NCBI GenBank assembly: GCA_030065585.1
Contig: JASJED010000061.1
Location: 1-39,670 of the forward strand
Length of the DNA stretch: 39,670 nucleotides
Direction: 5' to 3'
From: Desulfobacterales bacterium
GTDB taxonomy: Bacteria; Desulfobacterota; Desulfobacteria; Desulfobacterales; UBA5852
Part shown: positions 17,592 through 25,969 of the stretch, one piece after another
Layout: each line of letters begins with the position of its first letter
Numbering within the stretch: position 1 is the first letter of the stretch
Program-made: the position numbers and the translations under genes
The notes under the pieces: generated by a model
Told to the model about the DNA's origin: nothing
Databases searched by the model: none
The model's input: only the letters and a program-made list of their open reading frames with translations

Positions 17592-18458
17592 ATGGACACA
17601 TCCGGTTTCGAGATCCGTGAATGGCCGGTACTGCGCAAGCCCGCAATGGTCGTCGGTTTGGGCGGTTGGGGCAATGCGCTGAATGTTGCCAAAGGAACGG
17701 CCGCCTACCTGGTTCGCCGGATGGGAGCCAGCCTTTTCGGTACCCTGCGGATGGACAAATTCTTTCGCTTCGACGAAAGTCGCCCCACCGTAAACATCCA
17801 GGATGGGCTGATGGCGTCCGTTCAATTTTCGCGTGGAGGGCTGTTCGCCGTCAAACAGCCCGGTCATGAGCGGGATCTCGTACTCATCGTAACCGAAGAA
17901 CCGCATCTGAGCTGGGAAGCCTTTGCCGAGCAACTCATTAATGTGGCCCGCATCACTAATGCTTCCGAATTCATTTCCCTGGGCAGTTTGTACGACGGGG
18001 TGCTGCACACCGATGCCCTGGTCTCAGGGTTTGCCGGCAGCGCCGCGCATCTGGAGGAACTGGCGGCGTTGGGCATTCGCCCGGTGACCTACCAGGGGCC
18101 CAGCGCCATTCACTCGATCCTCCATCTGAAGGCTTGTGAAGGCGGGATCAAGGCCAGCAGTCTCTGGACCCATTGCCCCTATTATCTGGAAGGTACTTCC
18201 CACCCCGGCCTGATTGCCGCAACCACCAACGTTGTTTGCCGTATTCTGGGTTTGACGCTGGATACCCTGGATCTTGCGCAGGAATGGGAACGGTTGAAAA
18301 AAGACATCCAGGTGGCGATCGAGGAAAATCCCAAACTCCAGAAACTGATTGGCGAGTTGCGCCGGGCCAAGGTTCGCGGCGCCTGGGCCAATCGATCGGT
18401 TCCCCATCGCAGCGGGGACAAGGTTATTCGCCTCAAAGATTTTCAAGATCCCAGCTGA
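17592..18458 (+). CDS. PAC2 (proteasome assembly chaperone 2-like) family protein
   Basis: 288 aa. The N-terminal stretch PAMVVGLGGWGNALNVAKGTAAYL is typical of bacterial PAC2-family proteins. GAGG lies 8 nt upstream of the ATG. Confidence 0.7.
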   Translation: MDTSGFEIREWPVLRKPAMVVGLGGWGNALNVAKGTAAYLVRRMGASLFGTLRMDKFFRFDESRPTVNIQDGLMASVQFSRGGLFAVKQPGHERDLVLIVTEEPHLSWEAFAEQLINVARITNASEFISLGSLYDGVLHTDALVSGFAGSAAHLEELAALGIRPVTYQGPSAIHSILHLKACEGGIKASSLWTHCPYYLEGTSHPGLIAATTNVVCRILGLTLDTLDLAQEWERLKKDIQVAIEENPKLQKLIGELRRAKVRGAWANRSVPHRSGDKVIRLKDFQDPS

Positions 18459-18697
18459 GGGCGGTCCGGCACCGCCTGCACCGGTTAACCCTGATTTTGC
18501 CCTGACTGATGTCCAAAAGACGGCCGGACGCGAATCATTGCGAGCCAGCTTTGACGGATGCGGTACGGAGGATCTTTTGCTTGTCGCGCCACAACCTGGT
18601 ATAGAATGGCGCACCATCTTCATGCGCTCGGGCCCCGGACACGAATTCACGTGTCGGTGCTTGCCGCGATAGCGGTTGCCAGGAAAATCGAACTGCC

Positions 18698-19504
18698 ATG
18701 AATACCAAGGATTATTACCAGATATTGGGGGTTGCGGCGACGGCCGACACCAAGACAATTAAAAATGCCTACCGGGAATTGGCCTTTAAATACCATCCGG
18801 ACCGCAACAAGGATAACCCCCAAGCCGTCGATCAGATGAAAGCTGTCAACGAGGCCTATGCCGTGCTGGCGGATGCCGCCAAACGACGTGAATACGACAC
18901 GATTCGGACGCGCTACGGCGCATCGGCCCATCGACAGTTCCGTCAGACCTATTCCGAACAGGACATATTTGCCGGCTCGGATATTTTCCGCATCTTCGAA
19001 GAGCTGACCCGGCTTCACGGATTTCGCCACTACGAAGAGGTCTTCAAAGAATTTTATGGTCCGGGTTACCGGTCGTTCGAAGTCAAGCGGCCCGGCATGT
19101 TTTTCAAGGGCTTCGTGTTTACCGGCGGCCGCCCGCCCAAGCCACGTCTACACCGCGGGCGTGGTCCGGGGCCCGGTTTCGGCCGTCTCGGCCGCCGTAT
19201 GGTCGAGAAATTGATCGGGGCCCAATTGCCGCAGCCGGGACGGGATGTGGAAGCGACGATTCGCCTCTCCGCCGAGGAAGCCCGCCGGGGGGGGCCGTAC
19301 GCCTACTACTACCGCCAGCAGGACAAGAAACTGGTGGTCAAAATACCGCCGGATGTCCGTGAAGGCCAGCGTATCCGGCTTGCCGGTCTAGGCGAGGCAG
19401 GCCGCGGCGGCGCCTCCGCGGGCGACCTTTATCTGCGGGTAGCGATTCAGAAACCGTTGATCGCCGCGGTTAAATCCAAAATCAAGCATTGGCTCAAAGG
19501 CTGA
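18698..19504 (+). CDS. J-domain protein (DnaJ/CbpA-like, no zinc-finger region)
   Basis: The J domain reads DYYQILGV...[14 protein letters not shown]. The C-terminal DnaJ_C-like segment reads [15 protein letters not shown]...[20 protein letters not shown]...GDLYLRV. Confidence 0.9.
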   Translation: MNTKDYYQILGVAATADTKTIKNAYRELAFKYHPDRNKDNPQAVDQMKAVNEAYAVLADAAKRREYDTIRTRYGASAHRQFRQTYSEQDIFAGSDIFRIFEELTRLHGFRHYEEVFKEFYGPGYRSFEVKRPGMFFKGFVFTGGRPPKPRLHRGRGPGPGFGRLGRRMVEKLIGAQLPQPGRDVEATIRLSAEEARRGGPYAYYYRQQDKKLVVKIPPDVREGQRIRLAGLGEAGRGGASAGDLYLRVAIQKPLIAAVKSKIKHWLKG

Positions 19505-19509
19505 GGCGG

Positions 19510-20247
19510 ATGGCATTCATTCAAGGTGTATTGCTCAATTTGCGTGGTTTCCTACTGGGACTGCGGACCCCCCGACTGCTGCTGCTGGGCCTGATCCGCT
19601 TCGCGGTGGTGCTGCTGATTTTTGTCGGGGCCGTCGTCTTTTTCGGAGCCTATCACCAAGATATCATCGCGCTGATCTGGGCCAAGCCCGCCAGCGCCTG
19701 GCTCGTCTGGCTCTGGTATCTGGTCTCCGGGCTAATGGCGCTGCTCCTGCTGGGGGTTACCACGGTGTTGGGGTACATCATCGCCCAGATTCTGTTCGGT
19801 GTCGTCATCATGGATACCATGTCGCGCATCACCGAAAAAATGATCACCGGAAGGGAATTGGCTTCGCCCGCCATGCCCTTTTTCAAACATCTCGGCTTTC
19901 TGGTGCGCCAGGAAATTCCCCGGGTGGTCATCCCGCTTGGCATTGTTTTGATTCTTATGCTGCTGGGGTGGCTGACCCCTTTGGGTCCTGCCGTGACCTT
20001 CCTATCCCCCATAGCGGCGGTTCTCTTCCTGGCCTGGGACTACACCGATCTGGTGCCCGCCCGGCGCATGATCCCTTTTAAGCAGCGTTTCCAAATTTTC
20101 CGCCGTCATTTGCTGTTCCACCTGGGTTTCGGGCTCCTGTTTCTCGTGCCGCTGGTCAATCTGCTGCTGCTATCCTTTGGGCCCGTCGGCGCCACCCTGT
20201 TTCATATCGAACTGGATCGCTCGGCGGCATCCGCGGGCGCAGTCTGA
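19510..20247 (+). CDS. EI24/CysZ-like integral membrane protein
   Basis: A multi-TM protein with the N-terminal pattern FIQGVLLNLRGFLLGLRTPRLLLLGLIRF typical of EI24/CysZ-like proteins. The ATG at 19510 is preferred over the track TTG at 19489. Confidence 0.65.
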   Translation: MAFIQGVLLNLRGFLLGLRTPRLLLLGLIRFAVVLLIFVGAVVFFGAYHQDIIALIWAKPASAWLVWLWYLVSGLMALLLLGVTTVLGYIIAQILFGVVIMDTMSRITEKMITGRELASPAMPFFKHLGFLVRQEIPRVVIPLGIVLILMLLGWLTPLGPAVTFLSPIAAVLFLAWDYTDLVPARRMIPFKQRFQIFRRHLLFHLGFGLLFLVPLVNLLLLSFGPVGATLFHIELDRSAASAGAV

Positions 20248-20315
20248 CGCCAAGCACGCTTGCTTGCCTCGGATAATCGTGCGCAAAGCGGGCGACGACC
20301 GGAGGTGTCCGGCGG

Positions 20316-20480
20316 TTATGCCGCGTTTGCCGAGGATTTGGGCGACCAGCGGAAAATCAAGAGGGCCAGCAGGATGGTCTCTGCAAGCGCCAAGCCACAC
20401 GCGCTCAAATAGCTGATGCGGTAGGCTGCTTCCGGATTCCTGCCGGCACCCAGAACTTCTCCCGCGATGATCAATTTCAT
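20316..20480 (-). pseudogene. ATP synthase subunit c-like fragment (second helix only)
   Basis: MKLIIAGEVLGAGRNPEAAYRISYLSACGLALAETILLALLIF carries the c-subunit loop and helix-2 signature (RNPEA ... GLALxE). No helix 1 appears upstream in any frame, and there is no SD. It lies in a 557-bp region that otherwise has no gene. Confidence 0.3.
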
Positions 20481-20804
20481 AGGGGATTTTGGGGCTGGCC
20501 ACAAGGGCGAAAGAAGGCTTGCGGCTTCAAGCCGCCATCGGCCGGAGGGGATCAGCATGGGTCTACCGTCGACCGGCGGCAACCGCCGGTTGTCATCGGG
20601 ATGACGGGCGACCGGGCTTTGAGGTTGACGGACACCGAATTTAAGCATATGAAGAAAAGATGATGGAAGAGAAGAAGTGCTCTGGCCGAAACGAGAGGGA
20701 AGGCGCGCGACGGTGATCGTCGCTCATGTGTTCCCGGCAGATGGTCGCCCGTTTCGCGACCGCCTGCTGACCGACATTGATCAAGGCCTCTAAAGGGGGA
20801 GCCC

Positions 20805-21338
20805 ATGCGAAAGACCCTTTTCACACGGGGTGGTGGTTTGATGCTCATCGGGATGCTGCTGATATCCTGTGCGACAACTTCTTCGACTGCGCCTCCGGAG
20901 GAAACGACAACATCGCCTCCATCCGCCGCAACCGGCGCCCTACAACCGATGCCGGAAAAGGACCAGGACGCCCGGCGACAGTATGAAATCGAGCGCAACC
21001 GATTCATCTACGAAGATATCTTCTTCGCCAAGAACAAATTCCAGCTGGACGAACAGGCCCGTGCACTCTTGAGCTGGAAGGCGGATTGGCTGCAGGCGCA
21101 CCCCGACGTGACCGTCGTTATCGAAGGGCATTGCAGTGAAGGGGGCCGCGCCGAAGACAATATGGCCCTCGGGCTTCGGCGTGCAGGGGAAGTTAAAGGG
21201 TTTCTACTGCACCAGGGTGTGGCCCGCGAACGCCTGACCGCCGTAAGCTACGGCAGTCAACGACCGCTGGCCCGGGGTGAGGGCGAAGAAGTGCAGGCCA
21301 AGAACCGCCGGGTGCGGCTGACGATCGTTGAGCCCTAG
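20805..21338 (+). CDS. pal: Peptidoglycan-associated lipoprotein (Pal/OmpA family)
   Basis: The lipobox is LLISC. The OmpA-like domain reads FAKNKFQLDEQARALL...VVIEGHCSEGGRAEDNMALGLRRAGEV...RLTAVSYGSQRP...AKNRRV. Confidence 0.85.
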   Translation: MRKTLFTRGGGLMLIGMLLISCATTSSTAPPEETTTSPPSAATGALQPMPEKDQDARRQYEIERNRFIYEDIFFAKNKFQLDEQARALLSWKADWLQAHPDVTVVIEGHCSEGGRAEDNMALGLRRAGEVKGFLLHQGVARERLTAVSYGSQRPLARGEGEEVQAKNRRVRLTIVEP

Positions 21339-21349
21339 ATACCTGCCCG

Positions 21350-22486
21350 TCACTGCGCGTTGATAAAATCGATCAGGGTCCGGAGACGCGCAAATTGGGT
21401 GCGATTGAAGTCGAATGCCAAGCGCGGCAGATCGGCGAGCGCCGGCTCGTCGGACTCCTGCGGCAGGGCCGTGATCGCGGCGAATTGACCACCGGGGCTG
21501 AGCAAATCAGCGAAGTCTTCCTTTAAGCGATCAAAGGCTGCATCCGGCAGCGCCGAGCGCATGCGGATCACCAGCAGATCCCCGACGAACCTTAGGCTGT
21601 GATAGCGGCGGTAGAACGCCTCGATCATCGCCACCGCCTGTTCGACGGAGTCCGTTATCGCGAACAGCGCCAAATCTTCCTTGTCGATATAGGCACCGCC
21701 TGCCAGTTGATCCATCAGAAATCCTGACCATGTCTTCCAGTAGTCTTGACCGGGGGGTTCGATCATCACCACCGGCAGAGGGTTGTGCTTGCCGGTCTGG
21801 GCCAGGGTTAGGGTTTCCATGGCCTCGTCCAAGGTGCCGAATCCGCCGGGAAAGAGCACGACGGCATCGGCTTCTTTGAGGAAGGCCACCTTGCGGTTGA
21901 AGAAGTATTTATAGTTAATGCTGCGGGGATTGCCGTCCACGACCGGGTTGGGTTTCTGCTCAAAGGGCAGGCGGATATTGATGCCAAAGGAATGCTCCGG
22001 TCCGGCGCCTTCGTTGACGGCCTGCATGATACCCGGTCCGCCGCCGGTTATGACCATATAGCCGCGGGATGCCAGCCGACGGCCCAGTTCCTGGGCCATG
22101 CCGTAGCATTCCGCGCCTCGGGGGGTGCGCGCCGAACCAAAAACCGATACCTTGCGAATCGACCGGTAAGGACCGAAGATCTTGGCTGTGAAGCGCATTT
22201 CCTTGAGGGTTGTGTTCATCAGTTTGAGGTCGGCCTTCTGGTCGTCCTCCTGGCCGGCCTTGAGCGAGGCCAAGATCAGCTCGCGTACGATGCCGGGGCG
22301 ACGAATACCGCCGACCATGTCGATCAGGGCCGCGATGGCCTCGTCGGCCGGTCCGTTCGTGGGGGTGAAATGAAGTTCCATGGGCTGGCCGGAGTTTAAC
22401 GCGTCGGGCTGGTCATGGTGATCCGGATTTGATTTTTCCATGATCTTGGTTGCTTCTCCCAGGTTTAAACTTAGTTTAGGGTCCAT
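21350..22486 (-). CDS. LOG family / TIGR00730 Rossmann-fold nucleotide nucleosidase (PpnN-like long form)
   Basis: Motifs present are VSVFGSAR, GGGPGIMQAVNEGA and PGGFGTLDE. It has N- and C-terminal extensions. The start is taken at ATG 22486; the track lists TTG at 22489. Confidence 0.85.
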   Translation of the reverse strand: MDPKLSLNLGEATKIMEKSNPDHHDQPDALNSGQPMELHFTPTNGPADEAIAALIDMVGGIRRPGIVRELILASLKAGQEDDQKADLKLMNTTLKEMRFTAKIFGPYRSIRKVSVFGSARTPRGAECYGMAQELGRRLASRGYMVITGGGPGIMQAVNEGAGPEHSFGINIRLPFEQKPNPVVDGNPRSINYKYFFNRKVAFLKEADAVVLFPGGFGTLDEAMETLTLAQTGKHNPLPVVMIEPPGQDYWKTWSGFLMDQLAGGAYIDKEDLALFAITDSVEQAVAMIEAFYRRYHSLRFVGDLLVIRMRSALPDAAFDRLKEDFADLLSPGGQFAAITALPQESDEPALADLPRLAFDFNRTQFARLRTLIDFINAQ

Positions 22487-22745
22487 CAATCGCCTGATAG
22501 GTGGACGTATTGTTATTGATGGTTTCGTAGAAAGTCATGACTTGGACGGTTTCGAAAAACGTTCGCGATACGGCATGCGAATTTCGATTGATGAAACCTT
22601 ACCTAAGCGGCCATGACGAGGGATCAAGCGTAACGCCAATGCCGCACTTTCTACGGGGCTGTCAGTTAATCCATGTAAATTCTGGCCCGTTAGGGCCTCG
22701 ATGTCAAATGCGCGGCAAGTTTTACGGGTTTTCAAGGAGAACGCC

Positions 22746-23672
22746 ATGCACGCTCTATACATATTTCTGCTGGTCGCACTGTCGTTCGTGCCGGTCGCCT
22801 TGGCAGGCACGCCGGCGGTGCCCATCGCCAACCCCCAAGCAGAGGCATTCAAGGCCTACTGGTACCCGAACGGCGCCGAGCTGTCGCGGTTTGCGCTACG
22901 CCAGGCGCGCTACGGCGAATACCACGACGGCGATGCCGTCCTGGTCTTCGTCACCGAATCCTTGAACCGTGATACCCAGATCAAGGCCGACCGCTTCGAC
23001 GCACGGAATATCCCGGTATTGAAACTCAACGCGGTCCGCAAGTTTTACACCGGAATCTATCCCTACTCCGTCATGACTTCCGTATTTACCCCGGTCGGTG
23101 CCAATCAGCAAGCCCGTCTGCCGCTCAAAATCAGCACTTCGGTCCAGGAGTGGTGCGGGCATGTTTTTATGCAGCTGAATTTGGATGATCAGGGCTATCG
23201 TTATGGGTTGCGATCTTATTTCGAGTCGGACGGCGACCGCGACGACCGTTTGGGGCGCGTTATCACGGAAGACGCGCTCTGGAATATGATTCGCATCGCC
23301 CCGGCAGACCTTCCCCGGGGGGCCTTGGAGATACTGCCCGGCACGGTGTTTTTAAGGATGGCCCACCGTCCCCCGCAGCCGCTGGCCGCCCAGGCGCGCC
23401 TTCGTTCCGCCGAGCGCCCGGGAAAAAATGGACAGCCCCTGCTGCAATACGAGGTCGATCTGCCGTCGGTCGCGCGCCGCCTGACCATCTGGTTCGAGCA
23501 GGCCTTTCCCCACCGTATCGAGGCCTGGGAGGAGCACGGGCGTCTGCGCACCGGCGCGTTGATGGTGACGCGCGCCGAGCGCACCCATCTCATGATGCTG
23601 GACTACTGGAACCACCATCAAAACCGCGATCGGCAGCTGCTGCCGCGGTTGGGTTTGGCATCGGCGGATTGA
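22746..23672 (+). CDS. Secreted hypothetical protein
   Basis: The ATG at 22746 is preceded by AAGGAG (22733-22738). The signal peptide is MHALYIFLLVALSFVPVALAG. 308 aa with no recognised family motif. Confidence 0.7.
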   Translation: MHALYIFLLVALSFVPVALAGTPAVPIANPQAEAFKAYWYPNGAELSRFALRQARYGEYHDGDAVLVFVTESLNRDTQIKADRFDARNIPVLKLNAVRKFYTGIYPYSVMTSVFTPVGANQQARLPLKISTSVQEWCGHVFMQLNLDDQGYRYGLRSYFESDGDRDDRLGRVITEDALWNMIRIAPADLPRGALEILPGTVFLRMAHRPPQPLAAQARLRSAERPGKNGQPLLQYEVDLPSVARRLTIWFEQAFPHRIEAWEEHGRLRTGALMVTRAERTHLMMLDYWNHHQNRDRQLLPRLGLASAD

Positions 23673-23694
23673 TGGTGCGGCGACGCGGAACCAT

Positions 23695-23720
23695 CATCGG
23701 ATGCCCAAGCGCATCCGATG
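23695..23720 (+). terminator. Perfect 10-bp hairpin 22 nt after the stop codon (no U-tract)
   Basis: CATCGGATGC-ccaagc-GCATCCGATG. It is followed by a near repeat of the arm, CATCCGAATGG, at 23730-23740. Confidence 0.3.
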
Positions 23721-23864
23721 GCCGGAAGCCATCCGAATGGAAGGTGTAAGGAAAAATTCCTGATCCGCGACCAAGGCACCATGATTATCTCACCCGGCGG
23801 GGGCGGCCGGCGCTGCCAATCGTTGTGACGGCCTCGGCAACCATAGCTTCTGGATAAGCAACAG

Positions 23865-25580
23865 ATGAAAGAAACTCTCGGCTCCGATTTGATCACCGAT
23901 TCATCCGAGCGCGATCAGGTGTCGCCATCGGTCGATTTGAGCCTTCCCTTGAAGGGGGCCCTGAAGCGGCCGGTGCGAATGTTTACCGCCCGCCTATCGC
24001 GGCGCATCGCCTTCTGGATCTTCGTTAGCGTGATTGCCATCGAAGCAATTATCTTTTTTCCGTCCTTGCGCAACCGGGAGCGTGAGTTGCTTGACCAGAT
24101 CAAAGAGCTGTCCGCCACGAAGATAGCGGTATTGATGCAGACGATGCCGCCTGAAATGAGTGAGCGGCAATTCTTTGAGACGGCCCAGCGCGTGTTGAGG
24201 GACGACGTGATCGTGGGGATGTTGCTCTTCCGTGGCGACGGCACCGAGATCGGTGTTGCGGGCCAGCGTCCGGCACTGACCTTTCAGAATATTATCGCGG
24301 AGGGGCGCTACACCCGTTTGGACCGCATCGGCAGTCACTACGATGTGGCCAGTGGCGGCGCCTGGCAAAACGGCCATTACTATCTGGTGCTGCGCCATGA
24401 CACCAGCTCGGTGCGTGACGCGCTGTATGCTTTCTTTCTGCGGATCGCCGGTCTCGTGGTGATTATTTCTTTGTTTGTCACGGCCGGGGCCATGATCGCC
24501 TTGGGCCCCATTGTGCTGACGCCGATTCTCAAACTGCGGCGTGACCTGGAAGCCGCCGGTGACGCCGTCAGCAACGACCAGCCGTCACCGCGTTTTCAAT
24601 CCGCCGCGCTGCGGCGTGAAGACGAATTGGGAGACGTAATCGGCGCCTTTGGGGAGATGTTCGCGCAGATTACGGACGCCATCAGCCACCGCAAACAGGC
24701 CCAGAACGAACTCAAGCAAACCTTCCGGCAACTCGAGGAATATTCGCGGGCCCTCAACAGTGAATTGGAGAAAGGGCGTGAAATCCAGAAGAATTTTCTA
24801 CCGAGCGATTTCCCGGAACTCACCGGTTGGGAACTGGCGGCCTATTTCCAGCCGGCCCGCCAGGTGGCCGGCGATTACTACGATGTCTTCCATCTCCCGG
24901 AGCAAAAAGTCGGAATCGTGATTGCCGATGTCTGCGACAAGGGGGTCGGTGCGGCGCTTTTCATGGCCCTGTTCCGCAGCCTGATCCGGATTTTTTCCGG
25001 GCAGTTCGAGGTCAATACCGGTGCCTGCCACATCAGTTCCTTGAATATCGATGATGCACGCAACGCAGCGCACGCCCAGGATCACGATCTACCGGTGGCG
25101 GATCGCGAGGCCTTGCAGGCCGTCGTGCATACCAACAATTACGTGGCCCGCAACCACGGCGATCTGGGCATGTTCGCCACGCTGTTCTTCGGCGTTCTGG
25201 ATCCTCAGACCGGCGTTCTGTCCTACATCAATGCCGGTCACGACCCGCTCATCGTGCTGGCGGCCGAGGGGGGTGCTCGGCAGCAGCTGAATCCCACCGG
25301 GCCGGCCGTGGGCCTCACGGCCGATGCCAGCTTTCGTATCGCCCGCGCGCAGATCAAGCCCGGAGAAATTCTGCTGGGCTACACCGATGGGGTCCCCGAA
25401 GCGACGTCGCACGCGGGCGAAATGTTCGGTGCCGAGCGCCTGATCGCCCTTTTCGGCAAGACCTTCGATACGGCGGCCGAACTGACCACCCTGATTGCCG
25501 AGCAGGTTCAAGCGCATACGGGCGCGGCCGAACAGTTTGACGATATCACCATGCTGGCCTTGCGCCGCCGGGGGCAATAA
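23865..25580 (+). CDS. Membrane sensor PP2C-type phosphatase (periplasmic domain-TM-HAMP-SpoIIE/RsbU)
   Basis: Two TM segments flank a loop of about 150 aa, followed by a HAMP-like linker. PP2C/SpoIIE motifs are GDYYDVF, IADVCDKGVGAALFMA, NAGHDPL, GYTDGV and DDITMLAL. Confidence 0.9.
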   Translation: MKETLGSDLITDSSERDQVSPSVDLSLPLKGALKRPVRMFTARLSRRIAFWIFVSVIAIEAIIFFPSLRNRERELLDQIKELSATKIAVLMQTMPPEMSERQFFETAQRVLRDDVIVGMLLFRGDGTEIGVAGQRPALTFQNIIAEGRYTRLDRIGSHYDVASGGAWQNGHYYLVLRHDTSSVRDALYAFFLRIAGLVVIISLFVTAGAMIALGPIVLTPILKLRRDLEAAGDAVSNDQPSPRFQSAALRREDELGDVIGAFGEMFAQITDAISHRKQAQNELKQTFRQLEEYSRALNSELEKGREIQKNFLPSDFPELTGWELAAYFQPARQVAGDYYDVFHLPEQKVGIVIADVCDKGVGAALFMALFRSLIRIFSGQFEVNTGACHISSLNIDDARNAAHAQDHDLPVADREALQAVVHTNNYVARNHGDLGMFATLFFGVLDPQTGVLSYINAGHDPLIVLAAEGGARQQLNPTGPAVGLTADASFRIARAQIKPGEILLGYTDGVPEATSHAGEMFGAERLIALFGKTFDTAAELTTLIAEQVQAHTGAAEQFDDITMLALRRRGQ

Positions 25581-25637
25581 GGCCACGTCGTGCGTTTCGT
25601 CACGACATCCCCAGATGCGGAGCGATCGGTTTGCGGA

Positions 25638-25835
25638 TCAGTCTGCCGAGCTTGCCGGCGGCCATCTATCGAACCCATTCTCGACATAATCAGGCGTGCG
25701 CTGATCGTTTCTCCCGCCGAACAGATACCGGGCAATGATCAATTTCTGAATGTCCTGGGTGCCTTCACCCAGAGAGGCCGCCCAGGCATCTTGAGGAAAA
25801 CGGTGAACGGGATGATCGCTGATCACGGACGCTTC
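25638..25835 (-). pseudogene. Acyl-CoA dehydrogenase C-terminal remnant
   Basis: The minus-strand frame reads ...DHPVHRFPQDAWAASLGEGTQDIQKLIIARYLFGG. This matches the extreme C-terminal ACAD signature (YPVERxxRDAk...EGTxEIQxLIIAR). An in-frame stop lies only about 20 codons upstream, at 25884-25886, so no ACAD body is present. Confidence 0.5.
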
Positions 25836-25969
25836 GATTGCCCAACTGCTCGTCCTGCGGCCGGAAATTCTATGGTCCAGACCTTAAGGATTATTGGGCC
25901 GATGCCAAATATGGACGGTGGGGGAGGGGAATTATTTAGAAGGTTGGCGGCGATAAGATTTTCCGGCGG

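Noticed and set aside
18024-18758. 244-aa minus-strand ORF opposite PAC2 and the PAC2-dnaJ spacer
   Set aside because: It is an antisense shadow that is P/G/R-rich and crosses an intergenic region.
20552-21007. 151-aa minus-strand ORF overlapping the pal start and the gap upstream
   Set aside because: It is R/S/G/P-rich, overlaps a well-supported lipoprotein gene in antisense, and has no motif.
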